From Sarea resinae (lineage: Eukaryota), in the NCBI GenBank assembly GCA_026026165.1, contig JAPEUD010000012.1:310001-374000 (forward strand): a DNA stretch of 64,000 nucleotides, in the 5' to 3' direction. Positions 13,601-26,948 of the stretch are shown here, piece after piece. Positions within the stretch are counted from its first letter, which is position 1. Every line of letters begins with the position of its first letter. The translations under genes were made by a program, and so were the position numbers. Below the pieces are notes generated by a model that saw only the letters and a program-made list of their open reading frames with translations, was not told the origin of the DNA and made no database searches.

Positions 13601-16224
13601 TTTAGTGTATCATAATCTTTAACGTTCCTGTCGGGTACCTGATTTTGCTTCTTCGCTAAGACATCGACGAAGGCTGTTCCTTCTGGCGTTCGATAAATAG
13701 CAGCCTCTGTTGGGCCAACGCCTTGCAGTAAGTCGGAATTCAAATCACGCTTGATCAAGTCAACGATTCGTGGCGTCACTGCGTCCGGTGCGACAAAAGC
13801 AAGCTCAGCAACAGTGCGATATGCCGCCAATTTGACCGTCTCAGAAAATACTTCCGAAGTTCCCTAGATAGGCCAACGTCAGAGATATCCCACCACACCA
13901 TGGGGAAAGTTGATAGCAGTAAGGACCGATCTCACATACTTCAGTGATAGCTTGTACCCGTTCCAAGCACTGACTGGGCCGCTCAGTGGCCAAGGCTCCT
14001 GGATCAATGCCTGTTCTCAGACAAGTTTCTATCCAGCTAACACGGGGTAGTAACTCGGGCCGAGCGAGAACGAGCATATCTATGAGCTGGTTCTTCAGGA
14101 CTTCCTCGTCTATCTGACTACTAAGCTCTGCGGCTTCGCTTGGGGTAATTGATATTGAGCGAATAACAAGATAGAGCTCCCCGCTTCCAGTCCTAGCCAG
14201 GGCTGCGGCAGTATCTTTGTCGTTTCGCTCCGTGTGCTGCAGCCAATGCCATAGTGCGGAAACAACACTCTTGCTGATTTGTGCCGGCTGATGCGCGTAG
14301 GCTACAGCAAGTGTACGAGCAGCTTCTCTGCGTACTTTTGATGGCACGTGAGAGGAGGATATCAGGTACAGGAAGGCCTGTGCCCAGGCATCTCCTATTT
14401 CCGCTTTGTTCTCATCAAGTGGGAGATCATTAGAGACTGCAGCTAAAGCACGGACTCCCCATGTCAAGTCTTCACTTGAAGTAAGCTTCGTATAGATACG
14501 ATGGTTCAGCAAGAAAGACGGCTTTGGCTCGAATGCCAATGCCTGACTAGAGATGGCTTGTTTTAGGGTAGATGAGAGCTTCTCATCTTGAATGTTCCGT
14601 AACTTCGATAAGACCACGGCCGCCGTTACATAAGCACTAGTGACGAGGCCATTTTGCGCCGCCGGTTGAGGATTGGAGACAACCTCTTTCCAAGCATCCA
14701 TGAGTTTGCTCACAACAGTCGTAATAAAAGATATGACGTTTGGTTCCCGCAAGTTTGCTTCTTCCATGTCCCAGAGTAGATTTCCAAACTGTAGACTCCA
14801 AAGTCTACGGACTGGAACTCGCTTGTCTCCAATGCCTTTCAAAAACGCATCTGTGACTGCCTTGTCAACATCCATACCATGGCGGAGACCAAAGCCCAAA
14901 TGCTTGGCTATCGCTGCAGTCAGACTGCCGACTGCAAGTTCATTTGGTTCTTTGGCGGCCACAGGAGCCAGTCCCGAAGTTATTTTCTGCACCAGAGCTT
15001 CGCATCCGGGAATAGCAGCCAGCATCTGAGCGTGTAAAGATCGCTGTTCCGCAGAAGAGACCTTTGAGGTTTTCAAGGGGTTTAAAACATCGTCCACGAC
15101 CTTTGCTAAGAGCTTATCATCATGTGATCGGGAGACGACAACGGTAAAAGCAGAAAGAGCTCCGTTTCGGATAGCCTGATTTGTAGACTTGATGTTTGAA
15201 AGCAACGGCTTTAAAAGATTGCCCTGAAGTATTTGCGATAGATCCAGCTCCGCCGGAAGAGGATCAATGAGGGGGGTAACAAGGTCATTGAGAACCACTT
15301 CGGGAGCTCGTAACAGAGCCTTTTCAAGCGCAGGAACGATCTCTTTTTGAAAGTCTTCCAGACCTACAAATGAAGACCAAAAGTCGTATAGGCCATTTGC
15401 TATGTGCTTTGGTACAACGCTCCGGGATCCGAGTATCTCTCTGACAAAGAATGCGAAGTAGTCTCTCTTGTGCTTTTCAAGAATCATTTTCAGCTCGGAC
15501 TTCCGAGCGCATACTCCAGCCACGACGCCGACAAAAACAGCGTTCCTTGCTACAGATGAAGCTCCCTTTGCCGTGAGATTTGAGATAGTTGCAGAGATTG
15601 CTTCTTCTCCGATCATGTCAGCAGTGAAAACCTTCCGAAGGGCGCGTCTAGTAACGACGAGCGCCGATTTCTTGAGAGTATCTTTGACATTCGAGCTAAG
15701 GCATAGCTCTAATACCCGAGCATCGGCTTTGAGAAGCTCGAGGCCCCATTTCTTCCAAGCCTCCTGATTGGATGCAAATTGCTGCAGCAGCAAAGAACAC
15801 CACTCCACTAACACGAAGGCATTGGAAGGAGCAATCCCCGATTTCGAGGATTCATGGATAACAGCATGCACCAGTGTCGATGACGCTTCATCATGCGCTG
15901 AGCTTGACAAAATTGCACGCAAGCAATTCTGTGCGGCCTGTCGTGATGGCCGGTCGTTGTAGAACGGGTAAGTGTTGAAGAGAAGTCTCAAGACCGGTAA
16001 GAGGAATTTTGGAGGAATCTCTGGAAAGGATATCAGCGACAAAATCGGTGAGAAGGCAGCGGTAGCAGCAGCATTATTCTTCTAGGTGGCTCACCCTCAT
16101 GGTTGATTTGGTCGTGAAGTGCATGCAATTCTGCTATGCGTCTGGATGTCGAGCTCGTGAAGAGGCCAAGCCGCAGAGACTCAACATCCAGCTCCTTTAT
16201 TCCATTCGGTTCGACCTCCGCCAT
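7656..16224 (-). CDS. GCN1: GCN1, HEAT-repeat ribosome-associated activator of the eIF2-alpha kinase Gcn2; about 10 exons
   Basis: ATG at 16224 (MAEVEPNG..); HEAT repeats with GCN1 signatures [69 protein letters not shown]; canonical introns, e.g. 16094-16021, join the ORF segments. Confidence 0.96.
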
Positions 16225-16567
16225 TTCACCGCAGATATGGGACAAAGGAAAAGACAGTTCCTGTTCTGCATCAATGCAGATTTCCACGTTGCTTTCCAAA
16301 GGTTGGCCGTGATGCGGAACTTTTGCAAGATCGTGTTGTCTCTCGTATGTGCGACGGAAGTTACCGTGACTCATACCAAGACAATAGTACGGGGCTAGCA
16401 GCACGTACGAGTGGAGGGTACCTTTCCCTGTCGGACTTTACCTAAAGTAATTAATTCCCATGTCTGACATCACAGCCGGCGCGATATTTTACTCGTACCT
16501 GACCTTCGTCCTCGAGATTTCTTGTCATTAATTACCAGAGAGCCAGAGAGCCCGCCACTTCACGGCC
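16225..16567. promoter_or_regulatory. Probable bidirectional promoter shared by GCN1 and the DEAH helicase
   Basis: Only 343 bp between the divergent start codons (16224 on -, 16568 on +). Confidence 0.6.
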
Positions 16568-19500
16568 ATGGCTCCCTCAAAAAAGAAGAAGAAGCCAGCT
16601 TCGAATCCTGCCAGAGGTTTTGCTACGGTCTCTACTGCGAGCAAACCCAAAATCGATAAGAATGCCGAATCAACAGACGCATCTGAAGTCGGAAGCTTTG
16701 CCACAGCTCCAACGCCGGTGAGCGCCGACGACATGTCCAGCAAGCCAGTCAAGGAGGAAACCAAACTGAAAGAGCTGCATGAATTAAACCCTGAAGAGTT
16801 TGAAAGGCGGCTTGAAGAGTCAGAACTTCAAGCTCTTCTGGAAAGCATTGGGCCAAAATGCAAGAGAGAATCAGGACGTCAAGTGACGAGGCTGCGGACA
16901 GACCGTCGATTGCTGCGTGGTCAAGCAGATGTACTCTCCACTAGGAATTGGCTACCTCCGGAGTTGCTGGGCCAAATTATGGACTTCGTTAATGATGAGA
17001 TGTCCCATGGCAAATTTCATGCAGACCAGGATAATAAGTTAAAAACAATATCGGAAGAAGAGCTCACGGCTAAAATATGGACGCTTCAGCAGACATTACT
17101 AGAACTTCACTTCCGGGAGGAATTGGTGTGGCGCGTGTTGAAGTGGCTCTTGGATCACCCGCCGTCATTCAATCCTTTGGCATCTACTATGAAAGATAGC
17201 ATATGGGGCCTTGAGGAAAGCTTGGATTGGCTTGCAATAGAATGTGACCTGGAGGAACTTCCCGATTATGAGCTCCGTGACCGAGATCCAGGCCGGAGTC
17301 GACCTACCGCGGCATCTGAAAAAGGTGAGTCACCCGTCTCAATATTATATATATTCTTTACTTCGAGGATTTTTATGCTCATTTGGCTTGTACAATTTAA
17401 GGAGTAGGTGATACTCCTGAAGTTCTCGGAAGCACAACCTCCCTGACGGACAATCTACCCGAGCGGCCCAAATTGAACGTCAACAAAGAGCTTAAGGTCA
17501 CACCAGCTGTCGCAGAGGAATCTCCAGGGACAGTGGTCAGCGACCTGGAAAGTGACCTTGATCCTGAAGAGCTATTGTCCACCTACTTGACAACAAGATC
17601 ACATCTTTATGCATTGCAACCAAATCTCGTTGCTGAGAATCCTCGAAAATTGCAGAAATCTAAGCCATCAAAGACGAATAGAAATACAACCACTACAACA
17701 TTATCTCCGCAGATTAAAAATCTTCAGAACAAATTAAAGAAAATCGAGTCGGATATCTTGTTCGACCAATATGAGGCAGACCGAAAATGGATCGACATCA
17801 GAAATGACCTAGCTCAACAGAGTGCTGCGCGTCGGAAGCTTGAACTCGACGAACCCGGCGGTGGCGCGGCTCAGAATGGTTCAGCTGGTCATCTCCCGGG
17901 CCAAAATTCAGTTGATGAAGTCAGCCGCGAAGCTGAAGAGATTGCTTCCTCTTTGTTGCAGGATCCCTCCTTTGGTGAAGATGGAGATGGCGTCCTTGGT
18001 GATATGTTCTCAAATGCATCGGAGGATAGAGTAGGACCTGGGTCCTCCCTTGCCGCCGATGAGGCTCCCAATGATATCAACGTGACCATTCGAGATTTTG
18101 GAAAGTGGAATGGAATGAACCCGAGACGGGTGCTTGAAGATGCTTGCCGAGCAAGAGACTCTAGCGCCAAACTGTCTCATAAAGTAATATCTTCTTCATC
18201 TTTTTCTATTAGGAATAATGTGACAGTATCTTGGTCCAAAGATCAAGAGCCTGTCCTGTCTTCTCCCTTTTCTTCCGTGTTGTCCTCTTCAGACAACCGC
18301 TCCTCCTCCTTTTCTATGCTTTCAATAGCCACACCTGATAAGACTCAATCCGAAGCCTACATCTCAACGGTCGCACTGTTCCTATTATTCTCATCTTCTC
18401 CAAAGGAAGAGAAAGTTCATCTACGCTTACCGCCGATTTGGAGAGATCTTTGGGATGAATTCTCAGAAGCCAAGAGAGAGCAAGACGATGAAGCTAGTCG
18501 GCGAACATTACGAGAGCTTAGGGATTTAGTCCGGGAGATTAAAGATAGAGAGGACGAAGACGGCATTGTCCTACGAGACGGCTTCAAGAAAAGAAATGCC
18601 CTCAATGGTGGCTTAGAAACCGGTGAAGAGGGCGAACAGAAAGAAATCGACACAATCAGGGCCGACCCAGAGCAGCTCCAGTCTCTTTGGGCGCAGAAGT
18701 CTTCTTCACCTATGTACCAGGCTATGCTGAGAAGTCGGATGCAATTGCCCATGTGGTCATTCAAAGACGAAGTCTTGGCTGCTATCGATCGGCAGCAAGT
18801 CGTTATTATCTGTGGAGAGACAGGGTGTGGCAAAAGCACACAAGTGCCCTCATTTATTCTTGAACACCAGCTATCACAAGGCCGCAACTGCAGAATATAT
18901 TGCACAGAGCCGCGCAGAATTTCTGCTATTTCGTTGGCGCGCCGGGTTAGTGAAGAGCTTGGGGAGCGGAAAAACGACCTGGGGACGTCGAGATCAATGG
19001 TGGGATACGCTATCCGGCTGGAAAGTAATATCACAAGTCAAACTCGACTGGTGTACGCCACAACTGGAATCGTAATGCGCATGTTGGAAGGCTCCAGTGA
19101 CTTGCGAGACGTTAGTCACTTGATACTCGATGAGGTTCACGAGCGGAGCATCGATAGCGACTTCTTGTTGATAGTGCTTCGGAAGTTACTATATCAACGA
19201 CCAGACTTGAAAGTAGTCCTTATGTCCGCGACGGTAGATGCAAAGCGCTTTTCGAGCTATCTAGATGGGGCACCCATTCTCACTGTTCCTGGACGGACGT
19301 TTCCAGTACAGACCAGATTCCTCGAAGATGCTGTCGAGTTGACGAATTATACTATCGATTCCGGAAAGCAGCAGAATACTCGTGAAATTGATCTTGACGA
19401 CGCAGATACAGAGGACAGCTCAGAGCCATCCAATCCGCAGTCAGTAGAAGATCTTCGTGACTACAGCGCCAGAACGCGGCGAACGCTCTCTCAATTCGAT

Positions 19501-21505
19501 GAATATCGAATCGACTACAACCTCGTGACGAGACTCATCGAAAAGATTGCCGTGGATGCACGGTTTGAGCCCTTTTCAAAAGCTATTCTCGTCTTCCTTC
19601 CCGGCATGGCTGAGATTCGCCAACTGAATGATATGCTTGCCGGTCACCCATCGTTTTCGCAAGGATGGTATATCTATCCGCTGCATTCGACAATCGCTAG
19701 CGAAGATCAAGAGAGAGCTTTTCTTGTCCCACCAGACGGGATTCGGAAGATTGTCCTTGCCACCAACATAGCAGAAACGGGTATCACTATACCAGATGTC
19801 ACTTGTGTCATTGATACTGGGAAACACAAAGAGATGAGGTCAGTCTTGTAAAGGAAAACTAATTTTCGTCCAAGCTAACAGTTTCAGGTTCGATGAACGA
19901 CGTCAATTATCGAGATTAATAGAGTCTTTCATATCTCGTGCCAACGCAAAACAGCGACGTGGGAGAGCTGGTCGAGTGCAAGAGGGCCTTTGCTTCCATC
20001 TCTTTACCAAAGCGCGCCACGATCGTCAGGTAAAGTTTCTCCTCCGTCCTGCCACCTATAGTTCATCTGCTCACCTCTCACAGATGGCTGAACAACAAAC
20101 GCCAGAAATGCTCCGTCTATCATTACAAGACCTTGTTCTGAGAGTGAAGATCTGTAAACTCGGAGACATTGAGCAAACACTATCCGAAGCCTTGGACCCA
20201 CCGTCGTCGAAGAATATTCGTCGCGCGATCGACGCCCTGATTGATGTGAAAGCACTAACTGCCTCAGAAGAGCTTACGGCCCTTGGACGTCAGCTCGCAA
20301 AGCTTCCACTTGATGTACAGCTTGGCAAACTTGTTTTACTCGGCAGTGTCTTCAAATGTCTGGATGCCACCTTGACGATCGCCGCGGTTCTCTCCTCTAA
20401 AGCTCCCTTTTCCGCTCCAGTAGGTGCTCGCGCTCAAGCAGATCTAGCTCGTTTATCTTTTAAGAGAGGTACGAAATTCCTGTCGAGCATTCTCAACGTC
20501 CGGTATTGATATGTGAGTGCAGGTGACTCCGACCTTTTGACCATCTACAACGCCTACTGTGCTTGGAAACGAGTATGCACCACCCCAGGAGCATCCGAGT
20601 TCCAATTCTGTCGCAAGAATCTCCTCAGCTCCCAGACGCTCTCGAACATTGAGGATCTGAAATCCCAACTCTTGGTCGCCCTCACTGATGCCGGATTCCT
20701 CACTCTCGGCCCCAGCGAGCGAGCCGCTCTGAATAAGTATGCAATACAGCCTCCAGATCATCTTATAACTACTCATCTCACTAACACACATTGACTTAAT
20801 AGGTCGCGCACCGCAAGCCGGCGCCGCAACTTCTTTACCGTCCCCATCTCCGCCACTACAAACAGCGAGAATGACCTCATTGTCAACTCGGTCATCGCCT
20901 GGAGCTTCTACCCGAAGGTGCTCACGCGTGACGGCAAAGGCTGGCGCAATGTCGCCAACAACCAATCCGTCAGCCTGCATCCTACATCCGTCAACAAGGG
21001 CAGCAGCAGCTCGAGCGTGAAATGGCTGTCTTTCTACCATATCATGCAATCGAGCAACAAGTTCTATAATGCGCATGAGACTAGTGCCGCTGACGCCTTT
21101 GCCATCGCTCTTCTATGCGGTGATGCCGAATTCAAGGTTCGTCGCTCCTCTATCCTTCCACTTGACCTCCCCCTTTTCTTACTGGATTGAACTCCTTCCC
21201 CCTCCCCCTATCTCTTTCTCTCTCTCTCTATCGCTCTTCCACAATCCCAGCAATCTCCACAATTCCGTCCCAACGACTAAGCAAAAACCAACGCACAGAC
21301 ATACGCGGGCGTCGTCATCCTCGACGGGAACCGGGTCCGGTTCTCGGTGCGCGACTGGAAAACGCTGGTGGCGCTGAAGGCGCTCCGGATGCGCCTCCGC
21401 GACCTACTAGCCAAGAGCTTTCGGAGCCCTGGCGCCCGGCTGACCGCCAGAGAGGAGAGGTGGTTCGCTGTCTGGACGGGCCTTTTTGCGAGGAAGGTCG
21501 AGTGA
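16568..21505 (+). CDS. DEAH-box ATP-dependent RNA helicase, DHX29/DHX57-like; 7 exons
   Basis: N-terminal [18 protein letters not shown], Walker [44 protein letters not shown]2 region [12 protein letters not shown]; six GT-AG introns; last exon ends ..FARKVE TGA at 21503-21505. Confidence 0.93.
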
Positions 21506-23332
21506 CTGACTGACTGACTGAGTGGGTGGGGACGGGAGTCGATGCAATCGATAGGTGGGTGGATCATGGGTCATGGGTCTTGCTGAGTTGTCGTGAGCCG
21601 TGAAGAGACACGCCGGGTAGGGACGGTAGGGACGGTATGCATGGGTGGATGTGGAATCTATCTCACGTTTTCACGCTTTCATATTCACATTCATGTCCCA
21701 CATTTCACGTATGCGTACGAAGATATGAATTGAGGATTTCACTCCAGCGGTATCGACAGTGTGTAGCATAGTCATGCCCAGGCACGATATATACATGCAT
21801 ACATATGTCACATAGTCATCACATTGAATTTACATTCACAAATACCTACGACTGCGATGGATGATTGGAGCAGCAAAGAAAAGAAGATAGGAAGATGATA
21901 GAGACGGATAGAAAGAATGATGGTGGGAAGACAAGTCAACATATCTAGCTAGTTGCCTACACAGACAGGGGTGTGTGTGCATGAGCAGGTGCGTGTTCAA
22001 AAACCTCTGGCCACAACCACTTATAGATAGATACTTATACAAAAGGCGCACTAGCTACCTACCTTACCCTACCCTACTTACCTACCTACATGAGGTACCT
22101 AGCCTTGGGACTAAAATAGGGAGAGAGGGATTCAGGTAGAAGAGGGTAGAAGAATAGGCAGGCGTAACCCGCTTCATCCAATCGCCCACCTCAATCCCAC
22201 CTAGATGGTTGGATCGGCACAAGAGACCGCGAGGGAGAGAGAGGCCTTGAAGTCTTTTCTCGAGTAGTAGTTGGTTGTGCGGTATAGGTCGTCTATGGAA
22301 ATCCCAATAGATCATCCCGTGTTACAAGGACGACGGGCTATACAAATTACAAGCCACGAAAAGCTAGACCAGATATATCACACCATCGATTGGAAGACCT
22401 GATAGGTAGAGACGAGTAGATAGATAGATATGGTAGATGAGTAAGGTTGAAGCTATAGATAGATAGTAGTCTTGCCTGTGTCTGTCTGTGTGTGTGCCTA
22501 GTAGTAGTAATGATGTGTAGTCGTCGTAGGGGTAGTAGAAGTAGCAGTAGTGATGATAGTGGTGTAGTGTAGCAAGGCTATCAATATAACCCAACAGTGA
22601 AAAACCAACGAGAACACAAAACAAAACAGAAAGAATTCCAGAGGAAGAAGACTGAAAAAGCAGATCAAAGTCAAAAAGTCTTGAATTCGTTTCATTCAAT
22701 CATCATCACACTTCATTCATACAACATCAGAAGAAGTGGAAACATCAATCATGGCACTCACAGACCCCTCCCCCGCGCCCCTGGGAACCCCTAATCCCAA
22801 CGTTATCGAAGCGAAGAGAGAAGCGAAGTGAAGTTGAAAAGAAGAAAAAACAAGGGTCGTAAAGGTCGTTATGATTTAAAAGACGAGGCAGAAAAATATG
22901 CAAAAGAGGAAAAGAGCAGATGGTAAAATGACGAGACGAAGTGTAGTAGGAAATCATAGGTTTGATAGGTGGAATTTTTTTGGGAGAGATCAGACCGAAA
23001 AAATGAAACAGACAAGAGAGAGTATTTGTGAGGGACATCCTCAGGCTGTGGGATCCACCACCATTGTTATCGAGAGCAAGAGAAACTTCGAAATTCGAAT
23101 TCGAATTCGAAAGACCAAGGCCGAAGAAGACTCCGAACACTCGAAGCTCAGAACTCATAACACCAAAGCCCGCTGCGTTCACTTCGTATCCTCGAGAGCC
23201 GGCAAACTATTAATCCAGCATCTAACGTGTCCGAACGCAATTTCGTCGTTTCGTCATTTCGTTCAGTTTTCTCTATTAGCAACGGCAATTAACCCACCCC
23301 CGCACTGTCGCTGGTCTTAGTAAATCCGAGAA

Positions 23333-25559
23333 TTATCGCCGTCGTTGCACGATAGCCGATCGTGTCCGATTGATCGACGTCGCCGCATTTCGATCAAAAG
23401 AGCCCCCCACCGCTCCCCCAACGCTCCCTTCTCGTATCGTTTTCCGACGCTTTAGTCCGTCGACGTCGATTTCGCCGCCAGCGCCACGGCTTGTGGGCCG
23501 AGAATAGCGATCTTGGTCGTCGTCGTCGACGTCGCGCATACGCTTGCTCGAGGATGCCGATCCATTAGTAGACGGCTGGTGGGGCTGTGATGGATAGCCA
23601 GTTTGTATTGCCGCTGAAATACCGGGTGTGGAAGAGTATCCCTCACCTCCGGCGTTCCCATTGGTTGCACTCCCCCGCGTATCACCACTCATGACATTGT
23701 AAAGACTGCTAGACGAAGGGAGCTGGGGTCTTGGGGGTGTACTGTAACCCGCAGCCCAGTGAGGCTGACCCGTCGTTGAAGCGCGGGGAGTGACTCGCCC
23801 GGTCTGATTCTGATGAGAAGGAGATCCAGTCATTTCGGGGGAGAGATGAGGATGCTCCCCTTGAAGATTTCCCACTGCTGGGCCGGGATTGTAATTGTAA
23901 GGGCCACGGTTGGCACCATAAGCAGCAGCATTTTCGTGGGAATATTCGTTGTCGTGCTCATGTTCAGCCTCTTCCTCACCTGCACCATGACCAACCTGCT
24001 CATTTCCTTGACCATGCGTCATCGAACCATCGGGCCCTTTCGCGGGGTGATCATATTCTGTACCGGGAGCTCTCGATGAGGGCGGACCCATGTCGTTCTT
24101 GAGATAATGGCTCGACTGCCCGGGTTGTCCGAATCTGGCCATATTCTGCTGCGCGATACTCGGCTGGGGAGCGTATTGGCTTTGTTGCGAAGGGGGGGCC
24201 GAGTACATCGGTCTCGAATTATCATAGCCCTGTCCGCTTTGGTACTGTTGTATGCTTTGCATCGAGTTGCCTGGCGGTGTCGTTGCTGGTGTCGTGGGCA
24301 TCGATCGAGTATTGCTCAATCCGGTGTCGATTGAAAGCGGTTGGGCATTTTGGGCGCTGGGTATCGGCTGACCGCTCCACTCGTACGAGTTGGTTTGACC
24401 AATGTTCATGATACTGGACGCACTTGTTGGAGGGGTGGGGAAGGTGTGAGCCCGGTCCAAACCAGGACGCCCGGCTCCCGGGTGAGGCGCGATTGAGTGC
24501 GGAGATTGTCCGAGATGAGAGCCTATAGAGTTGGCCATCGAATGATGATGATGCAATGAGGGCGGTTGCGAACCTTGAGAGCTACGAATCTGAGCTTGCT
24601 GCTGCTGCTGTTGATTCTGTTCGTACCGTCTCCGCTCTGCTGCCGCCATGACAGCATTCGTACGCGTCTGATTGGAAGGATGGTACAGCAGAGCGCCAAT
24701 GTTATGTACGAAGAGGGGATAGAGCAGTTCCGTGATCTTCTCTTTATTGGCAAAGTCCAGCGCTCGCTCAAAGGGAATCCTACAAACGGTGAGTGCGGTG
24801 CCATGATTGGTTCAAGCTTCCCAACTTACCAAACTCCTTTCAAGTGCATCGGTCCGATCTTGACGACATGTCGAGTCTTCTCGCTCTTTAATATACCGTC
24901 TCGGCGACCACGGGTCATACCAGCAACATTCAGTAGCTTCGTACCATTTATCATATGATTATCTGAATTGCCCTGGTTAGCAGCTGCACTGTAAAAAGCA
25001 GGATAGCATGCACTCGAGGTGGCTGACCTTCTCGTCTGGCGACACAGACTCCCTTCGCCTCGACTTGGAAACACAGGCTGCCTTCGTCCTCCCACAGCGT
25101 AGCAGTGACTCTCGGCTTCATTCCCGGAGGTGCAACCTGTCCTGTCGTGTCGAAAGTCTGCTGCGGGTAACCCTGACCGTTGGGGAGACCCGACGGGCCC
25201 GGCGGCGGTTGTCCGGCTGTGGTCATAGCTAAAGGATTCATCTCAGCCGGCATCAATCGACTGTTGGTCGTTGTTTGTAACTTACCGGGTAACGGCAACA
25301 ACTGCGCGGGGACTTGGCCGCCCATGGACGCCGAAGATGGATGACCACCAGCTTGAGGAGAAGTGACTCCATTTGCGTATGCGTACTGACCATACGAATT
25401 TGCAGGAGAATAGTTTCCCGGCCCTGGTTGTAGTAATGGCGGTTGCTGATACTGAGCGTAATGAGACATGCCTCCAGCAGTTGCCGATGATGGACCTTGC
25501 GATTGACCACCTGACATATGGGACTGATGGACGTCCATGTAAGGCTGGGGCTGATTCAT
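23333..25559 (-). CDS. stuA: APSES transcription factor StuA (AUG-initiated form); exons 25559-25286, 25228-25028, 24962-24830, 24779-23333
   Basis: MNQPQPYMDVH start; APSES/KilA-N domain [74 protein letters not shown]; StuA-typical RPGLDRAHTFPTPP, LSIDTGLSNTRSMPTTPATTPPG, KRRKT. Confidence 0.97.
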
Positions 25560-25940
25560 GCTGGCGTAAGAATCGCTGTAGGCGTAGCCTTGGCCGCTCT
25601 GCTGATCCGACTGGGCAGGCAAATTCTGTGCCTGCGATCCCAAGGCGTGCGGCGCGTACGTGGGAGAGGGGGTCTTTAGGCCGCCGTTGATCCCCTCGTT
25701 CGTGTATGACGAGGCGGATGTATTCGAGCTGGCGTGGCCACTATGCCCAGATGAGGAGCTAAACGATCCACCCCGAGGCGAGGAGATGCCCGAGGAAGAG
25801 CTTCCTTGCTGGGTCTGCGGTAAGGGCAGAGCAGGGAGTCGCTCACTCGTAAGCAATGGACGTTGTGTGTAATATTGACTGTTCCACGGAACGTCTGCGG
25901 GGCCTCGGGTGTGAACTTGGGAGATCGACGGCAGCTCCAG
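25560..25940 (-). CDS. Putative CUG-initiated 127-codon N-terminal extension of StuA (LELPSISQVHTRGPADVPW...)
   Basis: Frame is stop-free from 25994 to the AUG at 25559 with no AUG in any frame; CTG at 25940-25938 in context GAAAAT-CTG-G (A at -3, G at +4). Confidence 0.6.
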
Positions 25941-26042
25941 ATTTTCGGTAGAGGGATGGTAGTGTCCTAGGCGACGGTGATATTCGGTCGAGTACTAAGC
26001 AACTACCGCAACCTGGATTCAGGGAAACGGCTTCTCTTGATG

Positions 26043-26261
26043 CTACTGAAGAAGATTGAAGGAAGCGAAGATGCTGTCGCGGTGGGTGGATTGTGCTAGA
26101 AGGATTTCAATTCGATGGCAGTTCCCAGCTAATGTGCCGGACTGCAGATTTCTGAATGGAGGCGCGTACAGGTCGTAGGTAACGTAATAAGCCTCTCCTC
26201 GAGGTGACGGCAAAGGTATGCAAATCGTAGATGCAGTAGATGCTCGATCAAAATCGCTCAT
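26043..26261 (-). promoter_or_regulatory. Candidate 72-codon uORF in the stuA leader
   Basis: Only AUG between 25560 and 26729 on the minus strand; weak context (T at -3); same frame as StuA but ends at TAG 26045-26043. Confidence 0.45.
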
Positions 26262-26723
26262 AGAATGCTTTTAAGTGCAAGACAATCCCAGCAGGCGCGC
26301 GATTGTGGAGAGCGAACAAAGGACGCTGGAGGGTAGTGAAAAGGTGGTGAGGTGAGCTGCTCAAAATAGGCCGTACGGAATGAAATGGTGAAGGCGACAG
26401 AACAACTCTCGTGCTCGGTATGGCGAGACTGAATTCGGCGAACCAACTTGATCGCCAATGTGTAGAACAGACTGCTATGCTGAAAGTCCAAGAGCAACGT
26501 CGTTTGGCTCGTTTCAAATCGTAAGAGAGGCAAGGCTCGTTATGGAATGCTTTTGGTGCGCTGTAATGCAAGAGGAAAACTTGAGAGTGGCTCCAGATGT
26601 GGTGAGGTTCTGGCTGGTGTTCTATCGGAAGCGGATATGTGAAGCAGGCTGCAAAGTCGAATGGAACAGCGCTTGGAGAGGGCGTTTATCGGCTACTTGC
26701 TTATGATTTTGTCGGGAATCGTG

Positions 26724-26732
26724 TCAATTCAT
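26724..26732 (-). promoter_or_regulatory. Candidate micro-uORF (ATG AAT TGA) in the stuA leader
   Basis: Met-Asn-stop just downstream of the predicted leader intron; weak context (T at -3). Confidence 0.4.
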
Positions 26733-26809
26733 TAAGTTCGTTGCGCTTCGTGATCGTATCGGCGAAAGATTGGGAGATGGGATTTTCGTACGCCGGACGT
26801 CGTCTAACA

Positions 26810-26948
26810 CTGCAGGCCAAGCATTAGTGAAAGGGCATCATTGGCAGACGGCGAGGATGAGAGAGCAAGTGCAGCTTGGGTGGGGGGGAACGAGTGAGAG
26901 CGGTGCCATGGAAGGGAGATGATGCAGACAGACCTTCTCCTGCCTTAC
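26810..26948 (-). other. Predicted 139-nt 5'UTR intron of stuA
   Basis: AG|GTAAGG donor at 26948, CACTAAT branch, GGCCTGCAG acceptor at 26810; contains four local AUGs that splicing would remove. Confidence 0.6.

Noticed and set aside
21503..21520. TGA-C stop context of the helicase as a readthrough signal
   Set aside because: Part of a (TGAC)n repeat; readthrough would add only a few residues and no targeting signal
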